From IMG/VR virus record IMGVR_UViG_2617270980_000004, positions 1-27,269 of that record: DNA of 27,269 nucleotides; one strand, 5' to 3'. Both the position numbers and the translations under genes were made by a program. The number at the start of each line of letters is the position of its first letter. The stretch's first letter is position 1. The notes under the pieces were generated by a model. That model had not been told where the DNA came from. It saw nothing but the letters and a program-made list of their open reading frames with translations, and did not search any database. The DNA comes from a virus. Lineage: Duplodnaviria; Heunggongvirae; Uroviricota; Caudoviricetes. Shown piece after piece: positions 7,218-15,369 of the stretch.

Positions 7218-8342
7218 ATGCGGATGAAAGAATTAAATAAATTCAGAGTGATAGACCTCTTTTGTGGGGCAGGTGGATTATCTTATGGTTTTCTTCATGG
7301 AGAGATGTCTGACTACTTTGAAAGTATCCTTGCTATTGATAATAATGCTGCAGCTATAAATACCTACAATGCCAATTTTGGTTTGCATGGAGTTCAGGCA
7401 AATATTGAGGAGTGGGCATCCAGCAATACTGTTCCTGAGGCTGATGTGGTCATAGGTGGCCCCCCGTGTCAGGGATTCAGTTTATTAAATAAGAATCGTT
7501 ATGGTGATCACCGAAGAGCATTGTGGGAGCCTTATATGGATGTCATTGAGCGTTCAAGGGCTTGTATGTTCGTCATGGAAAATGTCCCCGGATTGCTGAT
7601 AAGCGATGAGTTTGCGGACATTACGTTTAGAGCGAAATCCATGGGCTTTATTCTGCTTAATCCAATGGTGTTGAATACTGCTGACTATGGAGTACCTCAG
7701 ACAAGAAAACGAACGATAGCAATCGGTATCAAACGAGAACTCTTCGATGTGCATAGTATTCCGGCGTTCCCGCCAGCACCAACGCATCGTTCCCCTGATA
7801 AGGATGTCGCTTTGCCTGAATGGGTCTGTACGCGTGATGCAATTGGTGACTTACCTGCTCCTGTTGGAACTGATATTCGTAATGAACTTCCTCCGCTGAA
7901 CTTACATTTTGGGCGTAATCCCACACCTGTTTCTTTGGAGCGATATAAAGCGGTTCCACCAGGAGGTAACCGTTTCGATTTACAGAAAAAAAGACCTGAT
8001 ATAACCCCGGCGTGCTGGCTAAAAAAGAAATCTGGAGGGACCGATTTGTTTGGACGTCTGTGGTGGGACAGACCTTCAGTAACGATTCGTACTGAGTTTT
8101 TCAAACCGGAGAAAGGGCGATATTTACATCCGGAAGAGGATCGGCCAATAACTCATCGTGAGGCAGCGAGATTAATGTCTTTTCCTGATAATTTCATTTT
8201 TACCGGTTCAAAAACTGAGATTGCAAAGCAGATCGGGAATGCTGTTCCACCGCTATTTGCGGCAAAAATCGCACAATATGTGTATGGAGTTTTGCAGGGA
8301 CGGTATAAGAATAACATCAGTAAGAATAGTCAAGCAGCCTGA
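7218..8342 (+). CDS. DNA (cytosine-5)-methyltransferase
   Basis: Canonical m5C motifs: I FCGAGGLSYGF, IV GGPPCQGFS, VI ENV, VIII QTRKR, X GNAVPP. Confidence 0.9.
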   Translation: MRMKELNKFRVIDLFCGAGGLSYGFLHGEMSDYFESILAIDNNAAAINTYNANFGLHGVQANIEEWASSNTVPEADVVIGGPPCQGFSLLNKNRYGDHRRALWEPYMDVIERSRACMFVMENVPGLLISDEFADITFRAKSMGFILLNPMVLNTADYGVPQTRKRTIAIGIKRELFDVHSIPAFPPAPTHRSPDKDVALPEWVCTRDAIGDLPAPVGTDIRNELPPLNLHFGRNPTPVSLERYKAVPPGGNRFDLQKKRPDITPACWLKKKSGGTDLFGRLWWDRPSVTIRTEFFKPEKGRYLHPEEDRPITHREAARLMSFPDNFIFTGSKTEIAKQIGNAVPPLFAAKIAQYVYGVLQGRYKNNISKNSQAA

Positions 8343-8355
8343 AGGAAATCCAGAA

Positions 8356-9234
8356 ATGAATGGAGATTTGGTTGACAGCATAGTTGGTTTTGCTGAAGCC
8401 AGAAAGGAGTTTCATGCCCAATTGTTACTGAATACGCTCACAATTAATACTGCCGGAGTTGTTAGTAACGCAGATAGCAGTAACAAAAACAGTAAAGCTA
8501 TAGCAAGAGAAATTGCTCGCTTCTTGCAGGCTGAAACGATTGGTGAACGTGTTGCAGGGCAAACATCTGGTAATCAGTTTGAGAGTATCTGCGCAGAGTT
8601 TATAGAAAAAACCTTTTTTAAACTCAGCCACTTACGCCCTGGAAAATGGAATGTACATCAGGTTTCTGGTAGAAACAGATTAGAGATAGCTAAATATGAA
8701 CAATATGCCCATCTTATAGCATTGGATAGTGCTGCAAAAAGTAATCCTCAGCTAGCTGCTGCACTGGGGAGTGATTATACGATTTCACCAGATATTATTG
8801 TTGAAAGAGAACCTGAATGTGATCAAGTTATCAACAGTCCTGAATTACTGGTGGATGATTCTGTTACCCGCATGTCAGCTCTCAGGAGTTCGAATGGTGG
8901 GAAACCAATATTACACGCAAGTATTTCCTGCAAATGGACAATAAGAAGCGACCGGGCCCAGAATGCTCGTTCTGAGGCATTAAATCTTATTCGCAACCGT
9001 AAGGGAAATCTCCCTCATGTAATGGTTGTTACTGCTGAGCCTACTCCAAGTCGTCTGGCGTCTATTGCTCTTGGTACTGGTGATATAGATTGCGTGTATC
9101 ATTTTGCGCTTTATGAACTTATATCAGCAGTTGAAATACTGGGGCTCAGCGATGCAGCTGACATGCTTTCCGTGATGGTTAATGGTAAAAGATTAAAGGA
9201 TATTTCTGATCTTCCCTTGGATCTTGCAGTCTGA
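8356..9234 (+). CDS. type II restriction endonuclease, NgoMIV/Cfr10I-like (inferred from catalytic-motif spacing)
   Basis: Immediately downstream of the m5C methyltransferase; AAGGAAA Shine-Dalgarno. PD at residues 145-146, S-C-K at 191-193, E at 207; the D-to-K (47) and K-to-E (14) spacings match what I recall for NgoMIV (D140, K187, E201). Family assignment unverified. Confidence 0.55.
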   Translation: MNGDLVDSIVGFAEARKEFHAQLLLNTLTINTAGVVSNADSSNKNSKAIAREIARFLQAETIGERVAGQTSGNQFESICAEFIEKTFFKLSHLRPGKWNVHQVSGRNRLEIAKYEQYAHLIALDSAAKSNPQLAAALGSDYTISPDIIVEREPECDQVINSPELLVDDSVTRMSALRSSNGGKPILHASISCKWTIRSDRAQNARSEALNLIRNRKGNLPHVMVVTAEPTPSRLASIALGTGDIDCVYHFALYELISAVEILGLSDAADMLSVMVNGKRLKDISDLPLDLAV

Positions 9235-9306
9235 CATCTCTACGTAAATAGAGTCTGTCATATTTTAACTGTGATGGCACGTCATTGACTTCAGTACATT
9301 TTTACT

Positions 9307-9333
9307 AACCCGCTTCGCGGGTTTTGTTTTTTC
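9307..9333 (+). terminator. rho-independent terminator after the restriction-modification genes
   Basis: Stem AACCCGC/GCGGGTT with TTC loop, followed by TTTTGTTTTTT. Confidence 0.6.
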
Positions 9334-9404
9334 CTGGCATTCTGGTTTACAATCCACACGCCAGCCTGAACAACTGGCACCTGCTGCGCCAGCAGAGACA
9401 ACCG

Positions 9405-9683
9405 ATGGCGCACGATACCAAATTACACAATTCTGATGATTCTGCCGTCTTTGCCAGCAGGCACGGGCGGCGTTCCCGCACTTTCAAATCTGACTGGTTC
9501 CAGCATCCCCCATGCACTGAAGAACAGGCCGAATGGCTGATTCATAACTACCGCAGACGTGGATATGAGTTTAGGAAAGCCCTCACCCTCGATTATCGTC
9601 ACTGGATAATCTACGTCAGACTCCCTTATTCCGAACGCCCACCGCGTCCGTCCCGCACATTCCAGCAACGCATCTGGAGGTAA
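9405..9683 (+). CDS. hypothetical nin-region protein, 93 aa
   Basis: First ATG downstream of the terminator; stop overlaps the Shine-Dalgarno of the next gene. The ORF-track start at 9324 is rejected because it lies inside the terminator hairpin. Confidence 0.45.
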   Translation: MAHDTKLHNSDDSAVFASRHGRRSRTFKSDWFQHPPCTEEQAEWLIHNYRRRGYEFRKALTLDYRHWIIYVRLPYSERPPRPSRTFQQRIWR

Positions 9684-9684
9684 C

Positions 9685-10731
9685 GTGCGGGTATTACTTC
9701 GACCTGTTCTGGTACCGGAACTCGGGCTGGTGATCGTTAAGCCGGGCCGTGAATCCATGCCGGTATTCCACAATACCCGGGTACTGGTGGAGCCGGAACC
9801 GAAAAGCATGCGTAATCTGCCGTCCGGGGTCGTTCCTGTCGTTCGCCAGCCGCTGGCGGAGGATAAATCATTACTGCCATTTTTCAGCGACGAACGAGTG
9901 ATTCGTGCTGCTGGTGGCGCTGGCGCATTGTCTGACTGGTTACTGCGCCATGTTAAATCCTGCCAGTGGCCACACGGCGATTATCACCACAGTGAAACCG
10001 TCATTCACCGTTATGGTACCGGCGCAATGGTGTTGTGCTGGCACTGCGACAACCAGCTGCGCGACCAGACCTCCGAATCACTCGGGCAACTTGCTCACCA
10101 AAACCTGTCTGCATGGATGATTGACGTCATACGCCATGCAATGAATGGCTCGCAGGAACGGGAATTATCGCTGGCTGAATTATCCTGGTGGGCGGTCCGC
10201 AATCAGGTGGCGGACGCGCTACCGGAAGCGGTATTACGTCGTTCGCTGGGGTTGCGTGCGGAAAAAATCCGCTCAATGTACCGTGAAAGCGACATCGTAC
10301 CGGGAGAGCAGACCGCCACCAGCATACTGAAGCAGCGCACAAAAAATCTTGCGCCGCTGCCTCCCGCCCACCAGCAAACCCCGCCACAGGAAGAGACGGT
10401 GGTCAGCATTGCCGTTGATCCTGAGTCTCCGGAATCTTTCATGAAACGACCTAAACGTCGCCGCTGGGTTAACGAGAAATACACACGCTGGGTGAAGACA
10501 CAGCCGTGTGCGTGTTGTGGTAAGCCAGCCGACGATCCCCATCACCTGATTGGTCATGGTCAGGGCGGAATGGGGACAAAATCTCACGATATTTTCACGC
10601 TACCGCTGTGTCGGGAGCATCACAACGAGCTTCATGCGGATCCTCTGGCGTTCGAAGAAAAGCATGGTTCTCAGGTTGATTTAATTTTTCGTTTTCTTGA
10701 TCACGCCTTTGCAACTGGCGTGCTTGGGTAA
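9685..10731 (+). CDS. DUF968/YdfU-like phage protein with a C-terminal Cys/His-rich HNH-like zinc-binding module
   Basis: GTG start 5 nt after GGAGG; C-terminus CACCGKPADDPHHL...HDIFTLPLCREHHNELH. Confidence 0.7.
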   Translation: MRVLLRPVLVPELGLVIVKPGRESMPVFHNTRVLVEPEPKSMRNLPSGVVPVVRQPLAEDKSLLPFFSDERVIRAAGGAGALSDWLLRHVKSCQWPHGDYHHSETVIHRYGTGAMVLCWHCDNQLRDQTSESLGQLAHQNLSAWMIDVIRHAMNGSQERELSLAELSWWAVRNQVADALPEAVLRRSLGLRAEKIRSMYRESDIVPGEQTATSILKQRTKNLAPLPPAHQQTPPQEETVVSIAVDPESPESFMKRPKRRRWVNEKYTRWVKTQPCACCGKPADDPHHLIGHGQGGMGTKSHDIFTLPLCREHHNELHADPLAFEEKHGSQVDLIFRFLDHAFATGVLG

Positions 10732-10743
10732 AAGAGGTGACTG

Positions 10744-11118
10744 ATGCTCATAGATTTGGTTTTACCTTACCCGCCGACGGTGAACACTTACTGGCGACGC
10801 CGTGGCAGCACATATTTTATCTCGGAGGAGGGAAAGCGTTATCGCCGGGCTGTGGCGCTTATTGTTCGCCAGCAGCGGCTGAAATTAAGCCTGTCCGGAA
10901 GGCTGGCGATAAAGGTGATTGCAGAGCCACCGGATAAGCGTCGTCGCGACCTGGACAATATCCTGAAAGCACCGCTGGATGCGCTGACGCATGCGGGAGT
11001 GTTAATGGACGATGAGCAGTTTGATGAAATCAATATCGTTCGTGGTCAGCCAGTATCTGGTGGACGTATGGGGGTGAAGATTTACCCCATAATGCATGAA
11101 GAGCAGGTCAAAAAATGA
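10744..11118 (+). CDS. rusA: RusA-family Holliday junction resolvase
   Basis: RusA signature: N-terminal YPPTVNTYWRRRG and PDKRRRDLDNILKAPLDALTHAGV; AAGAGGTG Shine-Dalgarno. Confidence 0.85.
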   Translation: MLIDLVLPYPPTVNTYWRRRGSTYFISEEGKRYRRAVALIVRQQRLKLSLSGRLAIKVIAEPPDKRRRDLDNILKAPLDALTHAGVLMDDEQFDEINIVRGQPVSGGRMGVKIYPIMHEEQVKK

Positions 11119-11936
11119 AACTGGAAGATTTACCGAAATACTACTCCCCAAAATCCCCTGGCCTGACCGATGCATCGGCCTCAACGTCAAAAGATGCGCT
11201 GAGTATCACTGATGTGATGGCCGCGCAGGGCATGACACAGAATCGGGCTGAGATGGGGTTTTCTGCGTTCCTGGGGAAAATGGGCATCAGTATGAATGAC
11301 AGGGCGCGGGCAACAGAATTACTGGCAGATTATGCACTCAGTCGGTGCGATCGTGTGGCGGCGTTGAGAAAACTTCCGGCAGAAATAAAACCGGTAGTGA
11401 TGCGCATTATGGCTTCGTATGCGTTTGAAGATTATGCCCGTAGCGCGGCGAGCAAAAAACAGTGCCCCTGCTGTCACGGAAAAAAATTTATTGAAAGCGA
11501 GGTTTTTACAAACAAGATCCAGTATCCGGATGGTAAGCCACCAGTGTGGGCAAAGTGCACAAAAGGCGTGTATCCGTCTTACTGGGAAGAATGGAAAAAA
11601 GTCAGGGAGGTGGTAAAAGTTGCCTGTCCGGAGTGTGGCGGAAAGGGTGAGGTTTCCACCGCCTGTAAGGATTGCCGTGGGCGTGGTGTCGCCATTCATC
11701 GTGAAGAGTCGGTAAAACGTGGTATGCCTGTTATCAGAGATTGCCAGCGTTGTGGTGGTCGTGGCTGTGAAAGGCTGCCATCAACGGAGGCATTTAATGC
11801 CATATGCAAAGTGACGAGTGCTATCACGCTTGATACGTGGAAAAAATCAGTGAAACGCTTTTACGATACGTTGGTGGTTCGGTTTGACATTGAAGAGGCA
11901 TGGGCGGAGCGGCAGTTAAAGAGGGTAACGCGATAG
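11115..11936 (+). CDS. late-gene antiterminator Q (Cys-rich zinc-finger type)
   Basis: Start overlaps the rusA stop (ATGA); multiple CxxC pairs (CPCCHGKK, CPECGGKG, CKDCRGRG, CQRCGGRG); immediately upstream of a promoter plus terminator pair. Confidence 0.8.
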   Translation: MKLEDLPKYYSPKSPGLTDASASTSKDALSITDVMAAQGMTQNRAEMGFSAFLGKMGISMNDRARATELLADYALSRCDRVAALRKLPAEIKPVVMRIMASYAFEDYARSAASKKQCPCCHGKKFIESEVFTNKIQYPDGKPPVWAKCTKGVYPSYWEEWKKVREVVKVACPECGGKGEVSTACKDCRGRGVAIHREESVKRGMPVIRDCQRCGGRGCERLPSTEAFNAICKVTSAITLDTWKKSVKRFYDTLVVRFDIEEAWAERQLKRVTR

Positions 11937-11941
11937 TGTTG

Positions 11942-11970
11942 TTGATTTTTCCCGAATCTGTGGTAAATTT
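11942..11970 (+). promoter_or_regulatory. candidate late promoter PR' (-35 TTGATT, -10 TAAATT)
   Basis: Hexamers seen with about 16-17 bp spacing directly downstream of Q; not verified. Confidence 0.35.
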
Positions 11971-12018
11971 GCCCTAACGATGGGCGTTTTATGCCTGACG
12001 TTAGAAGATTTTTTACAC

Positions 12019-12040
12019 CCCGCCGCCTGGCGGGTTTTTT
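12019..12040 (+). terminator. tR'-like rho-independent terminator downstream of Q
   Basis: Stem CCCGCC/GGCGGG with GCCT loop, followed by TTTTTT. Confidence 0.65.
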
Positions 12041-12162
12041 ATGACTGAAATCGCGTCAGTACAGTAAACGCGCTGGTGGCGGTGAATACCTGTCTTTCAG
12101 CTTGCTGGCTTTTTCGACAAGAGTTATTGGTGTGTCACGTTAACCGGAAAAGGGAAAAAGAC

Positions 12163-12360
12163 ATGCTAAAACAGCAGGATATGACAGAAACCGCCAGAGT
12201 GGTGTTTAATGAATTAAGCGTTACCGAACCGGCGACAGTCGGGGAGATAGCGCAGAATACTTACCTTTCACGCGAACGCTGCCAGTTAATACTGACCCAG
12301 CTGGTTATGGCGGGTCTGGCAGACTATCAGTTCGGTTGTTACAGACGCCTTCCGCAGTGA
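12163..12360 (+). CDS. hypothetical small winged-helix-like protein, 65 aa
   Basis: Internal ATG with AGGGA Shine-Dalgarno; followed by hairpin GCCTTC...GAAGGC and a T-run at about 12338-12372. Confidence 0.5.
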   Translation: MLKQQDMTETARVVFNELSVTEPATVGEIAQNTYLSRERCQLILTQLVMAGLADYQFGCYRRLPQ

Positions 12361-12510
12361 AGGCTTTTTTATTTGTGGTAAATGGGCGGCTGGTGGGTGT
12401 TAGGGGCACCCACCAGCCATCTGCTCATGCGTTGGGTTCACAAGCAAACCTCAGGCCCACTGCTTTGCGCAAAAGCAGAATGAGCCTATCAGAGACAGGC
12501 TTAATGATCC

Positions 12511-13560
12511 ATGCTTAATACTGTAAAAATATCCAGTTGTGAGTTAATCAACGCCGACTGCCTGGAATTTATCCGGTCGTTACCCGAAAATTCTGTTGAC
12601 CTGATAGTCACGGACCCGCCGTACTTTAAAGTGAAGCCTGAAGGCTGGGATAACCAGTGGAAGGGCGACGATGATTACCTGAAGTGGCTGGACCAGTGTC
12701 TGGCGCAGTTCTGGCGGGTGCTGAAACCTGCCGGAAGTCTTTACCTGTTCTGTGGTCATCGCCTGGCATCTGATATCGAAATCATGATGCGTGAACGCTT
12801 CAGTGTGCTGAACCATATTATCTGGGCGAAGCCGTCCGGACGCTGGAACGGATGCAACAAGGAAAGCCTGCGGGCGTATTTCCCCGCCACAGAGCGCATT
12901 CTGTTCGCGGAACATTATCAGGGGCCGTATCGTCCGAAAGATGCCGGGTATGCGGCGAAGGGCAGTGCACTGAAACAGCATGTGATGGCCCCGCTGATTT
13001 CTTACTTTCGTGATGCGCGCGCGGCCCTGGGGATAACGGCAAAACAGATTGCAGATGTCACAGGAAAGAAAAACATGGTGTCGCACTGGTTCAGTGCCAG
13101 TCAGTGGCAGCTACCGAACGAAAGCGATTATCTGAAATTACAGTCGCTGTTTGCCCGGGTGGCAGAAGAGAAACATCAGCGCGGTGAACTGGAAAAGCCC
13201 CACCACCAGCTGGTGGATACGTATACGTCACTGAACCGGCAGTATGTGGAGCTGCAGAGTGAATATAAGCATCTGCGGCGGTATTTTGGTGTGACGGCGC
13301 AGGTGCCGTACACGGATGTGTGGACACATAAACCGGTGCAGTTCTATCCCGGGAAACATCCGTGCGAAAAACCGGCAGAAATGCTGCAGCAGATAATCAG
13401 CGCAAGCAGTCGTCCGGGTGACCTGGTTGCAGATTTTTTCATGGGGTCGGGTTCAACGGTAAAAGCGGCGATGGCACTGGGGCGTCGTGCGATTGGCGTT
13501 GAACTGGAGACCGGACGTTTTGAGCAGACAGTCAGGGAAGTTCAGGATTTAATCGTTTGA
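12511..13560 (+). CDS. DNA amino-methyltransferase (N6-adenine or N4-cytosine), DPPY family
   Basis: Motif IV DPPY near the N-terminus (LIVTDPPYF) and AdoMet-binding FMGSGST near the C-terminus, the beta-class order. Confidence 0.85.
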   Translation: MLNTVKISSCELINADCLEFIRSLPENSVDLIVTDPPYFKVKPEGWDNQWKGDDDYLKWLDQCLAQFWRVLKPAGSLYLFCGHRLASDIEIMMRERFSVLNHIIWAKPSGRWNGCNKESLRAYFPATERILFAEHYQGPYRPKDAGYAAKGSALKQHVMAPLISYFRDARAALGITAKQIADVTGKKNMVSHWFSASQWQLPNESDYLKLQSLFARVAEEKHQRGELEKPHHQLVDTYTSLNRQYVELQSEYKHLRRYFGVTAQVPYTDVWTHKPVQFYPGKHPCEKPAEMLQQIISASSRPGDLVADFFMGSGSTVKAAMALGRRAIGVELETGRFEQTVREVQDLIV

Positions 13561-13609
13561 AACGGATGAGATTGCAGAATTAATTACGCACCATTATTAT
13601 TCTGCTTCC

Positions 13610-13685
13610 GGCCCTTTAGCTCAGTGGTGAGAGCGAGCGACTCATAATCGCCAGGTCGCTGGTTCAAATCCAGCAAGGGCCACCA
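13610..13685 (+). tRNA. tRNA with CAU anticodon (resembles E. coli minor Ile tRNA ileX/ileZ by recall; Met not excluded)
   Basis: Cloverleaf folds by hand: acceptor GGCCCTT/AAGGGCC, D arm GCTC...GAGC, anticodon loop CTCATAA, T arm GCTGG TTCAAAT CCAGC, 3' CCA encoded. Confidence 0.85.
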
Positions 13686-13785
13686 TCACAAACCGCCATT
13701 AGCTTATCAGGAAGAGCAGACGACACGATAACAGGGTTGTTGGTGCGGGGGCGGGTCCCCGATGGCGGTCCATTATCGGTATTCA

Positions 13786-13862
13786 GCGTTGTTAGCTCAG
13801 CCGGACAGAGCAATTGCCTTCTAAGCAATCGGTCACTGGTTCGAATCCAGTACAGCGCGCCA
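13786..13862 (+). tRNA. tRNA-Arg (anticodon UCU)
   Basis: Cloverleaf folds by hand: acceptor GCGTTGT/ACAGCGC, anticodon stem ATTGC/GCAAT with loop CTTCTAA, T arm ACTGG TTCGAAT CCAGT, 3' CCA encoded. Confidence 0.85.
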
Positions 13863-13996
13863 TATTCATTCTTCCAGATTCCTTTCGGCAGAGCCTTATA
13901 CTGAAATATACCTGGCTCAGGATATTGTTGAAAATATTATATGTTTGTCAAAAATAAAAGTTCTGTTAAGTGTTGATTGAGTGTTTGTTATACGGT

Positions 13997-14326
13997 CTAA
14001 TGGTTTTTTCAGCATTAAATATTTATCATTCATATGGTGTGGGTAGAGTGAATATTGATGAGGCGTCGGGGTGTTTCATCCTTAGGCAGCGTATTGATAT
14101 AGTCAATGCAGAACGAGCAAAGGCCTTCAGCCGTTTGACAGTTTTGTTCTGTACTCCTGATCGTCTTTCGGGAAGAGACGTTATTATTCTGAATAGTGAT
14201 GCTATACAGAGGGTTTGCGATGAGTTCATGGTGGCTAATTCAGAATTATTTGCTCTTGTTCAGGAGTACAACAGAATAGCCAGGACCTGTGGTATGGATG
14301 AACTTCGGATTACTCATCTGGGGTAG
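13997..14326 (+). CDS. hypothetical orphan protein in the AT-rich cargo island (start uncertain: 13970 TTG, 13997 ATG or 14048 GTG)
   Basis: Open frame without a convincing Shine-Dalgarno; contains a near-exact copy of the OR-type operator. Confidence 0.35.
   Translation, partial: LMVFSALNIYHSYGVGRVNIDEASGCFILRQRIDIVNAERAKAFSRLTVLFCTPDRLSGRDVIILNSDAIQRVCDEFMVANSELFALVQEYNRIARTCGMDELRITHLG
14192..14206. promoter_or_regulatory. distal copy of the immunity operator motif, AATAGTGATGCTATA
   Basis: Matches the OR site at 2686-2700 at 14 of 15 positions. Confidence 0.35.
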
Positions 14327-14717
14327 ATACATATCTGGATTATCACCGGTTACGGTAAAAAGTGATTGCTTACTGTTTTTGTGAATGGCATTGCAGCAGC
14401 CGGATAATGTCAGTGCTGGCTGACGGTGTGCTGGTGGCGGGGGTGGTGGTTGCTGCTTTCCCGTTGCTGAAAAAGAAAACGCCAGACTGTTAGCCGGGTA
14501 TCAGTTAGCGGGAGAAATTTTTAAATACTTCACAATTCAGGCGGTTGACTGTTGTCTGGTTTGCGGGGAGTTTGTTAAAAGAAACTGGCATGGTGAATCC
14601 CCCTGTGCGGAGGGGCAATCAGCGAGTAGGTATATGGGATAATCGCGGATTCAGGTGCTGGTACTGAATTCACCGGGAGGCACCCGGCACCATGCAATGG
14701 CACATAGCGCCACTCTC

Positions 14718-14754
14718 CAGCCCCTCTCCGGAGGGGCTGTTTATATTGATTTTG
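14718..14754 (+). terminator. strong rho-independent terminator in the cargo island
   Basis: Perfect 9-bp stem CAGCCCCTC/GAGGGGCTG with TCCG loop, followed by TTTATATTGATTTT. Confidence 0.6.
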
Positions 14755-14773
14755 TCAGATGTGAGTAAACTCC

Positions 14774-15109
14774 TTATGGACTTTGTTGTTTTAGCCCATA
14801 AGGACATATTTGCAGAGTGCAACGGTTATTAAAGCATTCATTCAATACGTTATCTGTATTTGTAGGGCATTCCTGGCTGTTTTTGATTAAATTCCAGAAT
14901 GTTTTATTGAATGGTACTACGTTGTAAATGGTTACAGGCAGCACTTTGTTATTGAGCATGATGCCTGTGTGAGTCAGTGTAAATATACTTTCAGGAGGTA
15001 AGAAAGCATCCGATTGATACCAGATTATTAATTTTATTTTACTCCATATGACTGAAAAAGATATTCCGCATGATGGCTGGATAACTGTATCAATCACAAT
15101 CCACTTCAT
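14774..15109 (-). CDS. hypothetical orphan protein, 111 aa, Trp/Cys-rich, AT-rich codon usage
   Basis: AAGGAAA Shine-Dalgarno 5-6 nt upstream of ATG at 15109; AT-rich promoter-like region upstream; opposite in orientation to late transcription. Confidence 0.55.
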   Translation of the reverse strand: MKWIVIDTVIQPSCGISFSVIWSKIKLIIWYQSDAFLPPESIFTLTHTGIMLNNKVLPVTIYNVVPFNKTFWNLIKNSQECPTNTDNVLNECFNNRCTLQICPYGLKQQSP

Positions 15110-15369
15110 TTAGTTTCCTTGTTTATGCCTTGCTGGTGATGTTCTGAAAAGTATAAATGATATTTTTGATTGTAAACCATAGAGCAGAATTATTTTTCTG
15201 ATGTTGTTTATTGTTTATTTAAATGCAGGGTGGTTTATATCTCGTCTTGTAGTTTATCCATGCATATCTGCTTGATGATGAGGTTTTTAATTAAGGTATG
15301 GTTTTGTGTTTTTTCTGTATTACATGTCAGGTATTTTAAAGAATCATTTTTCAGATGGTGGAAAGAACC

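Noticed and set aside
9423-10587. Minus-strand ORFs of 128, 86, 93 and 104 aa
   Set aside because: Antisense to the DUF968-like gene in GC-rich sequence; no ribosome binding sites.
12580-13327. Minus-strand ORFs of 168, 74 and 78 aa
   Set aside because: Antisense to the amino-methyltransferase gene, which has unambiguous DPPY and FMGSGST motifs on the plus strand.
13866-15354. Looked for Shiga toxin stxA/stxB at the canonical position between the tRNAs and nanS-p
   Set aside because: No ORF of the right size or sequence is present (no StxA-like frame of about 315 aa, no StxB-like frame of about 89 aa with a signal peptide); the locus holds unrelated AT-rich cargo.
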